The translations under genes and the position numbers were made by a program. 45,410 nt of DNA. Source: Puniceicoccales bacterium. Its GTDB lineage: Bacteria > Verrucomicrobiota > Verrucomicrobiia > Opitutales > LL51. A model generated the notes under the pieces. The model made no database searches. It was given only the letters and a program-made list of their open reading frames with translations, and had not been told where the DNA came from. The first letter of the stretch is position 1. Every line of letters begins with the position of its first letter. The stretch lies in NCBI GenBank assembly GCA_031278845.1, contig JAITJQ010000023.1, forward strand, positions 1 through 45,410, in the 5' to 3' direction. Of this stretch, positions 15,547-24,287 are shown in pieces.

Positions 15547-17004
15547 ATGAATAAAAGTTATAATATAAAAAATAAATTCCTGAAAAATATTGTACTCGGG
15601 AGCTTCCTATTTGGCAGTTTCGCGGGTACCTCTTCTCAACTCCAGGCCGCTCCTATCCACAGTAGGGCAGCCCGAGGAGATGTTGTAGGGATACAACAAT
15701 TGCTTAGTGGGGGTGCTAATCCAAACCAAAAAGACAATTTGGAACAGACACCACTACATTTCGCAAGTACCCCAGGTGTAATTGATATCCTGTACACCTG
15801 GGGCGCCGATCCCAACGCAGCCAATAATTTTGGTGATACACCATTGCATTGCAAAGTACGTACCCTATTGGCAACAAACCTACAAGGTAACGAAAAAAAA
15901 ATACAATCACTGTTATCATGTATTAAACAATTACTACAAATAGGCGCCGATAAAAAGAAAATAAACAATGCAGGCTATTCCCCTGAATCAATTGTAGAAC
16001 AAGCATTTCAAACCAATGTGTTTTATGATGGCAATATCCGTCGTGATATAAGCAGTGATGCACGCCAAGCATGCATCGAAATCCGAGGATTATTTTCCCC
16101 ATTACAGGCCAAATCGATTTATGATGCGGTAGCCGATAACGACATAGAAGGAGTGCGTCGGTTACTTGATGCGGGTGTAGATCCCAATAAAATACATGAT
16201 CGATTCGGATGTGCACCACTGCATATCGTACAAACCCCAGAGATGGTTGAACTACTGTGCGGCAGAGGAGCCAATATCAATGGCCCCGATCAATGGGGTA
16301 ACACTCCATTGCTTTGTGCCCTATCTTTCGGCAGTCCGAATTTAAAACTCATAGAAAAATTATTACAAAAAGGCGCTAGAATAGATATACTAAACCAACG
16401 AGGTCAAACCCCAGTTTCGCTAGTACAACAAGCAATCGACAAACGTATAGTTAGCGGTGGTCGGCCTAGTGATGCCTCAATTTCTTTAAACGAAAACGAA
16501 CACAAAACATACATTACAGTCAAACAACTATTATTTTCTCAAAATCGGACTAGATCACTCCATAATGTGATGCTCGATGATAACATAATAGAAGCAAGAC
16601 AGCTACTTGCTGCGGGTGTAGATCCCAATGGGATGGATCAGTTCGGAGGTACACCACTGCAGTATGCAACAACCCAGGAGATGATTGAACTATTGTGCAA
16701 CGCAGGAGCCAAGATCAACGGCCCCGATCAATGGGGCAACACTCCATTACATAGTGCTGTGACCATCAATCCAGATTTAGAACTCATAAGAAAATTATTG
16801 CAAAAAGGTGCTAGAATAGACATACCAAACCAACAAGGCGAAACTCCATTGTCAAAAGTAAGACAGGCAATTCAAGTTGGTATAGTTAGCGGTGGCCGAC
16901 CTCATTCGCCCTCAAATGCCATACAGGAAGACGCCGTACGCCAAACATTTATTGGGGTTCAAGACTTATTCCGCTCATTCTACCCATCCCAATGTAATAT
17001 ATAA
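15547..17004 (+). CDS. Ankyrin-repeat protein, family paralog B (three modules), Sec-type leader
   Basis: The 485-aa ORF differs from paralog A at only about 4 positions over the first ~185 nt by manual comparison. Its last module is also near-identical to the last module of A. An extra central module is present. Confidence 0.85.
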   Translation: MNKSYNIKNKFLKNIVLGSFLFGSFAGTSSQLQAAPIHSRAARGDVVGIQQLLSGGANPNQKDNLEQTPLHFASTPGVIDILYTWGADPNAANNFGDTPLHCKVRTLLATNLQGNEKKIQSLLSCIKQLLQIGADKKKINNAGYSPESIVEQAFQTNVFYDGNIRRDISSDARQACIEIRGLFSPLQAKSIYDAVADNDIEGVRRLLDAGVDPNKIHDRFGCAPLHIVQTPEMVELLCGRGANINGPDQWGNTPLLCALSFGSPNLKLIEKLLQKGARIDILNQRGQTPVSLVQQAIDKRIVSGGRPSDASISLNENEHKTYITVKQLLFSQNRTRSLHNVMLDDNIIEARQLLAAGVDPNGMDQFGGTPLQYATTQEMIELLCNAGAKINGPDQWGNTPLHSAVTINPDLELIRKLLQKGARIDIPNQQGETPLSKVRQAIQVGIVSGGRPHSPSNAIQEDAVRQTFIGVQDLFRSFYPSQCNI

Positions 17005-17040
17005 TAAAAATTACACTTAAATAATTAAATAAAACAAGCA

Positions 17041-17068
17041 AAAGCACTTCCAGGGAGAGGTGCTTTTT
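17041..17068 (+). terminator. Rho-independent terminator after paralog B
   Basis: AAAGCACTTC caggga GAGGTGCTTT is followed by TT. Confidence 0.6.
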
Positions 17069-17157
17069 GGCTCTACAATTTACATGTCGCTTTATTTTCT
17101 GAAAAATTCTCGAAAATCATTTCCGATCTCAGTAAATATATCGCAAATACAATAGAA

Positions 17158-17553
17158 GTGCTTCGGTTACTTGATACGGGTGCAAATCCCAATGCAATGG
17201 ATCGGTGCGGATATACACCATTGCATGCTGCGAATACCCCTGAAATCGTTGATCTGTTACTCAATACCGAAGCCGATATCAATCATCCTAACCAATTGGG
17301 CGATACTCCATTACGCATCGCCGTAGCCGATCGCCATCCGAAATTAGAATGCATAAAAGCATTATTGCGACAAGGCGCCGACAAAGATATACAGGATGCA
17401 AAAGGCAAAACCTCCTTAGAAGCGGTACAGGACGCAATTGAATTTGGTGTCGTTGACAGCAGTCGCTCTACCTCAACAAAAATAGATAACAACGCACGCA
17501 AAGTATACGCTGAAGTCCTGGAACTATTCTTCTTTCCCAAACATCTCTGGTAA
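17158..17553 (+). pseudogene. 5-prime-truncated ankyrin paralog C (lacks promoter, RBS and leader)
   Basis: The 131-aa ORF from a GTG is homologous to residues ~47-180 of paralog D (LLDTGANPNAMDRCGYTPLHAANTPEIVDLL...YAEVLELFFFPKHLW). The upstream intergenic module stops at ...cgcaaatacaa and joins directly to mid-ANK sequence. The equivalent point before paralog D (...caccaatacaa) continues into the promoter and leader. Confidence 0.6.
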
Positions 17554-17775
17554 AAATAAAAGCACAATAGCAGGAAAAAGGCAAAAGCACTCCCCCGAGA
17601 AAGTGCCTTCCGACTCCACAATTTACACATCACTCCATCCCCTGAAAATTTCTCAAAAATAATTTCGGACCTCTGTAAATATATCACCAATACAACATTG
17701 GCAATCTAGCTATTTTACTTAGCATTATGCAATATTTAACACGCATCGCGTTAAATATACGAAGAAAGGTTTAAC

Positions 17776-18318
17776 ATGAATAAAAGTTATAACATAAAAA
17801 ATAAATTCCTGAAAAATATTGCACTCGGGAGCTTCCTATTTAGCGGTTTCGCGGGTACATTCTCCCAACTTCAAGCCGGCCCGCTCCATGGTGCGGTAAC
17901 AAATGAAGACATAGATGAAGTGTATCGATTACTTGAAGCAGGTGAAGACCCTAACGCAATAGATAATCGGTTTGGATATACTCCATTGCATCTTGCAAAC
18001 ACCCCTGAAATGGTTAATTTGTTGTGCAGCAAAGGAGCTCATATCAACAACTCTGGTCGATGGGGCAGTACGCCACTACGTGAAGCCGTATCCGCCTACT
18101 ATCCGAATTTAGAACTCATAAAAGCACTATTGCGACAAGGCGCTAACAAAGACATATCGGATGTAAGAGGTAAAAACTCCGTAACCGCCGTACGGGACGC
18201 AATCGAATTGGGTATAATTCAAGGCAACCACTATGCCACTGTATTAAAAATAGATGACGATTCGCGCCTAGCATACGCTGAAGTCCTAAAACTATTTTTC
18301 CTCCCCCAATGTCTCTGA
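17776..18318 (+). CDS. Ankyrin-repeat protein, family paralog D (one module), Sec-type leader
   Basis: The 180-aa ORF has the leader MNKSYNIKNKFLKNIALGSFLFSGFAGTFSQLQA. ANK units include GYTPLHLANTPEMVNLLCSKGAHIN. The C-terminus is YAEVLKLFFLPQCL. Confidence 0.85.
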   Translation: MNKSYNIKNKFLKNIALGSFLFSGFAGTFSQLQAGPLHGAVTNEDIDEVYRLLEAGEDPNAIDNRFGYTPLHLANTPEMVNLLCSKGAHINNSGRWGSTPLREAVSAYYPNLELIKALLRQGANKDISDVRGKNSVTAVRDAIELGIIQGNHYATVLKIDDDSRLAYAEVLKLFFLPQCL

Positions 18319-18395
18319 TAAAAACTGAACCCCAACCATTAAGATAAACCAAAGCAAAGCTCTCTCTAAGAAGGTTTCTTTGGACTCTATAATTT

Positions 18396-18720
18396 ACGCG
18401 AATGGCGAAATGAAATGGCCTGAATAAAAGGGAAAATGGCTTAGGAGGATTAAATGAAAATCATTCCCCCAAGCCTGATTAGATTATCTGTTGAAGGGGA
18501 TGACCTTTGCAAGGAGAAAAAGAGGGTACCATTAAGAAGACCAAGAAAAAAGTAAGTTGTCTATAAGTGAAATGGTAACTATTTATGTTTGGTTTTTAAG
18601 ATCGAAAGGGAAGGATTTTAAGACGTTTTATGAAGGATGCCAGGGACAGTTTTTGAGGGAATAACTCGCCTCACGTCTTCCTCTGTCCATCTTAGTATAC
18701 CCTCTCTCCCTCCTGGTATA
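18396..18720 (+). mobile_element. IS982-family insertion sequence remnant (5-prime part only; right boundary approximate)
   Basis: acgcgaatggcgaaatgaaatgg...attaaatgaaaatcattcccccaagcctgattagatta is shared with 34808-34890. The translation, with frameshifts, gives GDDLCKEKKRVPLRRPRKK / LSISEMVTIYVWFLRSKGKDFKTFYEGC. This resembles the IS982 transposase N-terminus as I recall it. It interrupts the array intergenic module at ...ctctataatttacgcg. Confidence 0.5.
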
Positions 18721-18851
18721 CCATCTATCCATGTTGGTACAACAAAGCCTGGCACAGCAGCCATGCTTGAAGTTATGGCACCCGGAAAGTGTCCCAATAG
18801 GAAACCGCCCACTGTTAGATGTTTTAATATTTTTGTTTTTCTAATATTCAT
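18618..18851 (-). pseudogene. Leader-only remnant of a fifth member of the leader family, inverted orientation
   Basis: The 77-aa ORF MNIRKTKILKHLTVGGFLLGHFPGAITSSMA... has a leader DNA that parallels the family leader (ggcggtttcctattgggacactttccgggtgcc versus gggagcttcctatttagcagtttcgcgggtacc). The remainder of the ORF reads through the IS remnant on the opposite strand. Confidence 0.3.
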
Positions 18852-18961
18852 TTTTTCCTTTTTTTTATTGTTATTATTGTCAATTTGTTTTACTGCTTTA
18901 AATAAAACAGGCTTTATATTAATGTTTTTTTAAGAACGCAAGGGGTTTTTGTGGAAAAATA

Positions 18962-20272
18962 TTAATATTTCTTTTGAGTCCGATTTTCTTTGAGAGCTTG
19001 CCATTCGCGAAGGCGTTCCGCTAGAACTTTCTCGGCACCGATTGACTTCGGCTCATAGAATTTTTTCGGCGTCAACATATATTCCTGGCCCGAGATGTTC
19101 CGTTCGAAATCGTGGCTGTATTGGTAATATTTCCCGTGCTGTAATTTTTGGGCGGCCGCACCATGCGCGTCGCGTAACCATATCGGTACCGCTTCTTTCC
19201 CATGTTTTTTTATGTAAGCTGTTGCAGCCTCAAGTGCTAGGTAGGTCGAATTGCTCTTCGGCGCTAGCGCACAAAATACCGTCGTGTGCGCTAAACTTAA
19301 ACGACATTCCGGCATGCCTAGTCGTTCACAGGCGTCAAAGCACGCGTCGGCAATTAATATCGTCCGAGAATCCGCTAAACCAATGTCCTCCGATGCAATA
19401 ATTAGGAGCCGCCGTGCAATGAATCGCGGGTCCTCTCCGCCTTCTAACATCACCGCTAACCAGTAAATTGCTGCGTCCGGATCACATCCGCGAATGCTTT
19501 TTATGTACGCCGAAATCGTGTTGTAGTGCTCATCCTCATCGGTATCGTAGGTCAGTTGCTGCTTAAATAGAAATTTTCCCGCCTCCTCGATGGTAACGGA
19601 TGTTCCCAAAGGCGTATTGAGCACGATCGATTCCAAAACATTGAGCGCCTTCCGCGAATCACCATTGCACTGCTCAGCAATCAGGATCAATGCATCCATG
19701 TCTAGCGTGCAATTCATTGCTCCTAATCCGCGCTCCTTGTCTTCAAGGGCGTTTTTCAGAATAGTAATAATCGCTTCGTTGGACAACGGCTCCAGTTCGA
19801 TCAGTCGGCAGCGGCTGAGTAGGGGATTGATGACATAAAATCCCGGGTTATGCGTGGTCGCACCGATCAGCTGAATCGTTCCCGCTTCCACATCGGGGAG
19901 TAAAAGGTCCTGCTGCGATTTGTTGAAACGGTGGATTTCGTCGATAAATAAAATGGTGCGCGACGACGGATTGCGTTGGGCTGACCGTAGGATCTCACGG
20001 AGTTCGGTGACGTTCGATAAAACGGCATTAACTTTCATGAATTGACGTTTTTCTTCGTTGGCGATGGCTTCGGCAATGGATGTTTTCCCACTTCCCGGTG
20101 GACCGTATAAAATGAGACTCCCCAACGATTGGTTGCGTACGAGATCGATAAATGGCGATCGTATGAGCGCATCTTGTCCTATAATTTCATCGAGGTTACG
20201 CGGCCGCATGCGTACAGCTAGTGGCCCCGATCCCATACGGCAGGTTTCAAAAAATTCTGTCATCGGAATCAT
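18962..20272 (-). CDS. rarA: Replication-associated recombination protein A (AAA+ ATPase, MgsA/RarA)
   Basis: The 436-aa ORF has Walker A GPPGSGKTS, Walker B ILFIDEIHRFNKSQQD, and the MgsA C-terminal region YDEHYNTISAYIKSIRGCDPDAAIYWLA. Confidence 0.9.
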   Translation of the reverse strand: MIPMTEFFETCRMGSGPLAVRMRPRNLDEIIGQDALIRSPFIDLVRNQSLGSLILYGPPGSGKTSIAEAIANEEKRQFMKVNAVLSNVTELREILRSAQRNPSSRTILFIDEIHRFNKSQQDLLLPDVEAGTIQLIGATTHNPGFYVINPLLSRCRLIELEPLSNEAIITILKNALEDKERGLGAMNCTLDMDALILIAEQCNGDSRKALNVLESIVLNTPLGTSVTIEEAGKFLFKQQLTYDTDEDEHYNTISAYIKSIRGCDPDAAIYWLAVMLEGGEDPRFIARRLLIIASEDIGLADSRTILIADACFDACERLGMPECRLSLAHTTVFCALAPKSNSTYLALEAATAYIKKHGKEAVPIWLRDAHGAAAQKLQHGKYYQYSHDFERNISGQEYMLTPKKFYEPKSIGAEKVLAERLREWQALKENRTQKKY

Positions 20273-20324
20273 ACTTTATTGGAATGCCCGCATGGTGTAA
20301 ATAGTAGATTCGTCGCCAGGAGGA

Positions 20325-20424
20325 CCGGTGGGTGGCTTTTTATGCACCCATTTGCGGTGAAACCGCAAAACCTTCGAAGAAGGTCAAGGAGATAAATCTC
20401 CTTATGGGTGCATAACCCAACCGG
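20325..20424. other. Perfectly paired cloverleaf-like (four-way junction) element with an outer extension stem
   Basis: The outer stem pairs CCGGTGGGT (20325-20333) with ACCCAACCGG (20415-20424). The inner 11-bp stem pairs TTATGCACCCA (20340-20350) with TGGGTGCATAA (20405-20415). It encloses three hairpins: TTGCGGtgaaaCCGCAA (20352-20368), CCTTCgaaGAAGG (20371-20383) and AAGGAGataaatCTCCTT (20386-20403). It lies in the intergenic space between the BFN nuclease gene and rarA. Confidence 0.65.
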
Positions 20425-20493
20425 CATCCCACGCTTTTCGATTTAAAACCCCAAAATCCATGGACATCGAAATCCATGGACATCGAATGACAT

Positions 20494-20949
20494 TTAGTGA
20501 CAAAGAAAAAAAGTATTGGGTGTTTGAATACCGAAGGGGATAGCATCGAGCCAGGAAAGTTTTTCTATGAGTGTTTGTGTTGCGAAGATGGGGAGTTGGT
20601 TAATGAGTGCGAGGGCAACGGCATCACTCGGACGCGCATCGAGACATAGGGTGGTTCCCTTATTATTCAGAATAATTTTTGCGAAAAAAACTCCTTCACA
20701 GGTGTCATCAATGATAATGTCTTGAATCGTAGCTCCCAGGGTGGTGATACAATTCGAAAGCAGCGTCAATGTAAGGGGACGTTTAGCCATTTGTTTTTCT
20801 AGAAGATTGCGGAGCAAAATACCGGTTTCACTGGAAACGTGAATCGGAAATCTTTTTCCGTCAGTATTATTCTGCATAATTAGGGAAGAAGCTCCACTAG
20901 AAAAAACGATATCAGAAATAGAAATCCCAACCAAACCAACATAAACCAT
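20494..20949 (-). CDS. Bifunctional nuclease family protein (DUF151/BFN)
   Basis: The 151-aa ORF has FPIHVSSETGILL, RPLTLTLL, the ARPSDAVALAL motif and PIFATQTLI, typical of the BFN family as I recall it. Confidence 0.7.
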   Translation of the reverse strand: MVYVGLVGISISDIVFSSGASSLIMQNNTDGKRFPIHVSSETGILLRNLLEKQMAKRPLTLTLLSNCITTLGATIQDIIIDDTCEGVFFAKIILNNKGTTLCLDARPSDAVALALINQLPIFATQTLIEKLSWLDAIPFGIQTPNTFFLCH

Positions 20950-21112
20950 GGGTCTATTCTGTTGAAATTAAATTTTCTAGCAAGCGGAAAATGCCTATAA
21001 AAATTTTCCTCCATTGCAATGATAAAAATATAAAATTTTCACGGAATCAAAAAAATGAATAAATACCACTGGGAAACTTATACAATTCTTAAGCCTATAG
21101 TGAGGGATAATC

Positions 21113-22951
21113 CTATTCTACGGTGACGGATTTAGCTAAATTGCGTGGGCGATCGACATCGCATCCCCGCAGTATTCCAATATAGTAAGCTAAAAATTGT
21201 AGTGGAATGACCGAGGTGATCGGATTGATTCCGGGATGTACTTCGGGGATTATGAGTACTTCGTCGCAGAATATTTCCCAAGCGATGCAGTTATTATTCA
21301 CAATTGCGATGACTTTTCCGCCCCGCGCTTTCACTTCCTGTATATTATTCATCGTTTTATCCAGTAGCTCATTTTGTGTCGCGATAAATATGCAAATCGT
21401 TTCCTCGGAAATGAGTGCGATGGGGCCGTGTTTCATTTCCGCCGTTGGAAACGCTTCCGCATGGACGTAGGCGATCTCCTTCAGTTTTAACGCACCTTCC
21501 AGGGCAATGGGATACATCGCCTGGCGACCTAAGAATAAAAATCGCTCGTACCCGTAATATTTTTCTGCAATTATTCGGATTTGCTCAGATAATTTTAATA
21601 CGTCGCTTGCAATAATTGGGAGCGACTTTAATGCCTGCACATATTGCAATCCGACGATCGCATCCATATCGCGTATTCGTGCGAATAGCAGGGCTAACAT
21701 GGATAAAATTGTAATTTGTGAGGTAAAAGCTTTCGTGGAAGCGACGCCCATTTCGAGTCCTGCGTGTTGATAGATACCCGCATCCGTAGCGCGGGCGATG
21801 GTCGAACCGACGACGTTTGTGATCCCTAGAACCATGTAGCCCCGGCGTTTTGCTTCATGGAGCGCGGCCAGTGTATCGATCGTTTCTCCGGACTGACTGA
21901 CGACAAAAACGAGTGTGTTGCGTTGGGGGGGAGCATTGCGATAGCGGAATTCCGAAGCGTATTCGACATCTACGGGGATACGTGCGTATTTTTCAATGAG
22001 ATATTTCCCTACCAAGCACGCGTGGTAAGCAGTACCACAGGCGCAAAAGAGGAGGCGATCAACCATACGTAACTCCCGGGGAATCAGTGAAATCCCTCCA
22101 AATTTTGCCGAACATCCATCTGCCGTAAAACGTCCACGCATGGCATTTTCGATAACGGAGGGTTGTTCGAAGATCTCCTTTAGCATGTAGTGGGGGTAAT
22201 CGGCGAGGTCCGTGTCATGAATTTCCCAATCGAGCTCGTGACAGACCACATCGACCGCATTTTCATGGAGCGTCGTGATCGAAAAATTATCGGAACGTAC
22301 GGAGGCAACTTCACCGTCATTTAAATACACGACGCGCTTCGTGTAGCGGGCAACGGCGGCGGCATCACTGGCGACAATATTCTCACCTTCCCCAAGACCG
22401 ATTAGAAGCGGTGAACCCTTACGGGCCACTACAAGTTCATCGGCAAAAATTTTACTTATGATGGCGATTCCGTAGGTACCTTCAACGTGTAACAGCGTTT
22501 TGCGAACGATTTCTGCGAAGTGTAAGTGGGGTGCTTTTTGGTAATGGTAATCGATGAGATTGGCGAGGATTTCCGTATCCGTATCGGAAGCAAAGCGGTA
22601 ATTTCTTTCGATGAGGAAGGCTTTAATTTGCAGGTAATTTTCGATGATACCGTTATGAACAACTGCAAAACGGCCATCATCGCTGAGATGGGGATGGGCA
22701 TTACGTTCGGAAACGTTACCATGCGTTGCCCAACGGGTATGGCCGATGCCGATGGGGCCACGATGTGGGAATTTCGTTTGAGCCCTAGCGAGTTCCGCAA
22801 CTTTTCCGATGCGTTTGAGGGAGAAGATAGTTCCATTATCCAGGACAGCGACTCCTGCGGAATCGTATCCCCGGTATTCCATACGTTTCAGGCCATCGAT
22901 TAGAATGCTATTAGCTTCCTTTTGGCCGATATATCCGATGATGCCGCACAT
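21113..22951 (-). CDS. glmS: Glutamine--fructose-6-phosphate aminotransferase
   Basis: The 612-aa ORF starts MCGIIGYIG (nucleophile Cys2). It has GHTRWATHG, two SIS domains (VSQSGETIDT) and ends KSVTVE. Confidence 0.95.
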   Translation of the reverse strand: MCGIIGYIGQKEANSILIDGLKRMEYRGYDSAGVAVLDNGTIFSLKRIGKVAELARAQTKFPHRGPIGIGHTRWATHGNVSERNAHPHLSDDGRFAVVHNGIIENYLQIKAFLIERNYRFASDTDTEILANLIDYHYQKAPHLHFAEIVRKTLLHVEGTYGIAIISKIFADELVVARKGSPLLIGLGEGENIVASDAAAVARYTKRVVYLNDGEVASVRSDNFSITTLHENAVDVVCHELDWEIHDTDLADYPHYMLKEIFEQPSVIENAMRGRFTADGCSAKFGGISLIPRELRMVDRLLFCACGTAYHACLVGKYLIEKYARIPVDVEYASEFRYRNAPPQRNTLVFVVSQSGETIDTLAALHEAKRRGYMVLGITNVVGSTIARATDAGIYQHAGLEMGVASTKAFTSQITILSMLALLFARIRDMDAIVGLQYVQALKSLPIIASDVLKLSEQIRIIAEKYYGYERFLFLGRQAMYPIALEGALKLKEIAYVHAEAFPTAEMKHGPIALISEETICIFIATQNELLDKTMNNIQEVKARGGKVIAIVNNNCIAWEIFCDEVLIIPEVHPGINPITSVIPLQFLAYYIGILRGCDVDRPRNLAKSVTVE

Positions 22952-23102
22952 AAGATCTTTCTATTTTCTTTTGAAAAAATAACAACCGTCAACTCGGACC
23001 GTGGCCAGTCGACTGTTCGTAAAGTTATAGAGAATTTTAAAGTCAAAAATCAAACCCATAATAAATATAAATCCTTGTTATGATTCCTATTCATGTCAAC
23101 AA

Positions 23103-24206
23103 TTAAAAAACCGAACACAAGCCCACGCATCCTATCAACGATAGAAAACCACTGACAATCCAAAAGCGCACCGTAATTTTCGTCTCGTGGTATCCTAGTA
23201 ACTCAAAGTGGTGATGAATGGGGGCCATCTTGAAAATACGCCGTTTATTGCGAAATTTATAGGAGGATACTTGCAGAATATCCGATAGTGCTTCGACTAC
23301 AAAAACGCCGCCTACAATGACAAGATGGAACGGATGATTCGTTAAAAATGCGATAATCCCGATCAGGGCTCCCAGGGAAAGTGATCCCGTATCGCCCATA
23401 AAAATTGCTGCCGGGTAGGAATTATACCATAGGAATACGATTAGAGCGCCCAGAGCTGCGGCACAAACAATTGCCAATTCTCCGTTTCCGGGAATGGGAA
23501 CGGCGGATATGAACATTGCCGTATGAGTATTTTCCGTGGCGATGGAAACGAGGGTTAAAAAAAGCAAAACCGGAATAGCACAACCCGTTGCGAGTCCGTC
23601 GAGTCCGTCCGTCAAGTTGACGGAATTACTTGTACCGGCAAAGATGAAAAAAAGGAAAATAGTGAGGAGAATGGGGGATGAGAGGGTGAAATACTTCCCC
23701 GTGAAGGGAATGGGCATGGCGGTGTACTGCTCCCACAGCTTCGGGTAGTGATAGAGTGCTGCGATGATCACTCCGGAAGCGACGAGTTGGATCAGCAGTT
23801 TAATGCGTCCGGGCATTCCTTTCGCATTTTTGAAGCGAATTTTAGCGAGATCGTCGATGAGTCCTATGGCGACGCAGAACAGGTAGCTGCAAAGTGCAAT
23901 CACCACTTGCGCATTCCAGCGTACGGCGATGAAGGTTCCCATGAGTGTCGCCATAACAGCGATCACACCTCCCATAGTTGGGGTATGTGCCTTGGAGCTA
24001 TGAAGCGTAGCGAGATTGTGAACTTCTGTTTGGTCGCGAAAAACCTGTTCCAATTTCAATTTTTTGAGGTACCTTATTGCGGTTGGAGCGAAAATGGCTG
24101 CCACTAAAAATGATGTGGAAAAGGCTAAAAGCATTCGTTTAAGTATGTATTCCAACTCCGTGAGGTTAGGGAGCATTTGCCCATACATTCTATCAAATAA
24201 AAACAT
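23103..24206 (-). CDS. mraY: Phospho-N-acetylmuramoyl-pentapeptide transferase
   Basis: The 367-aa polytopic ORF has TPTMGG, DDLAKI, NSVNLTDGLDGLA, MGDTGSLSLG and APIHHHFE. The exact start is uncertain because several in-frame Met codons lie near the N-terminus. Confidence 0.9.
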   Translation of the reverse strand: MFLFDRMYGQMLPNLTELEYILKRMLLAFSTSFLVAAIFAPTAIRYLKKLKLEQVFRDQTEVHNLATLHSSKAHTPTMGGVIAVMATLMGTFIAVRWNAQVVIALCSYLFCVAIGLIDDLAKIRFKNAKGMPGRIKLLIQLVASGVIIAALYHYPKLWEQYTAMPIPFTGKYFTLSSPILLTIFLFFIFAGTSNSVNLTDGLDGLATGCAIPVLLFLTLVSIATENTHTAMFISAVPIPGNGELAIVCAAALGALIVFLWYNSYPAAIFMGDTGSLSLGALIGIIAFLTNHPFHLVIVGGVFVVEALSDILQVSSYKFRNKRRIFKMAPIHHHFELLGYHETKITVRFWIVSGFLSLIGCVGLCSVF

Positions 24207-24287
24207 AAACGCGTAGCGTACTTAATCGAAAATATTTTTCAAGGCTGCAACGCTATTTTCTCGTACACGCTGAAAATTTTACAATAT

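Noticed and set aside
18637-18933. A 98-aa plus-strand ORF overlaps the IS remnant and the leader remnant.
   Set aside because: It reads across the junction of two unrelated remnants and ends in an AT-rich low-complexity tail (FVFLIFIFSFFLLLLL). I take it to be an artefact.
20340-20415. I considered the 76-nt cloverleaf as a tRNA gene, and ORF 20340..20546 (minus strand, 68 aa) as a coding gene.
   Set aside because: The closing stem is 11 bp, the loops are 5, 3 and 6 nt, and there is no GTTCRA T-loop, no D-loop GG and no 7-nt anticodon loop. The ORF runs straight through the perfect palindromes and the 16-bp tandem duplication, so its open frame is incidental.
22952-23102. I looked for a glmS ribozyme or riboswitch upstream of glmS.
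   Set aside because: I did not see the conserved glmS ribozyme core elements in the 150-nt leader, and the region is AT-rich with no obvious pseudoknot-forming GC segments. A covariance-model scan would be needed to exclude it formally.
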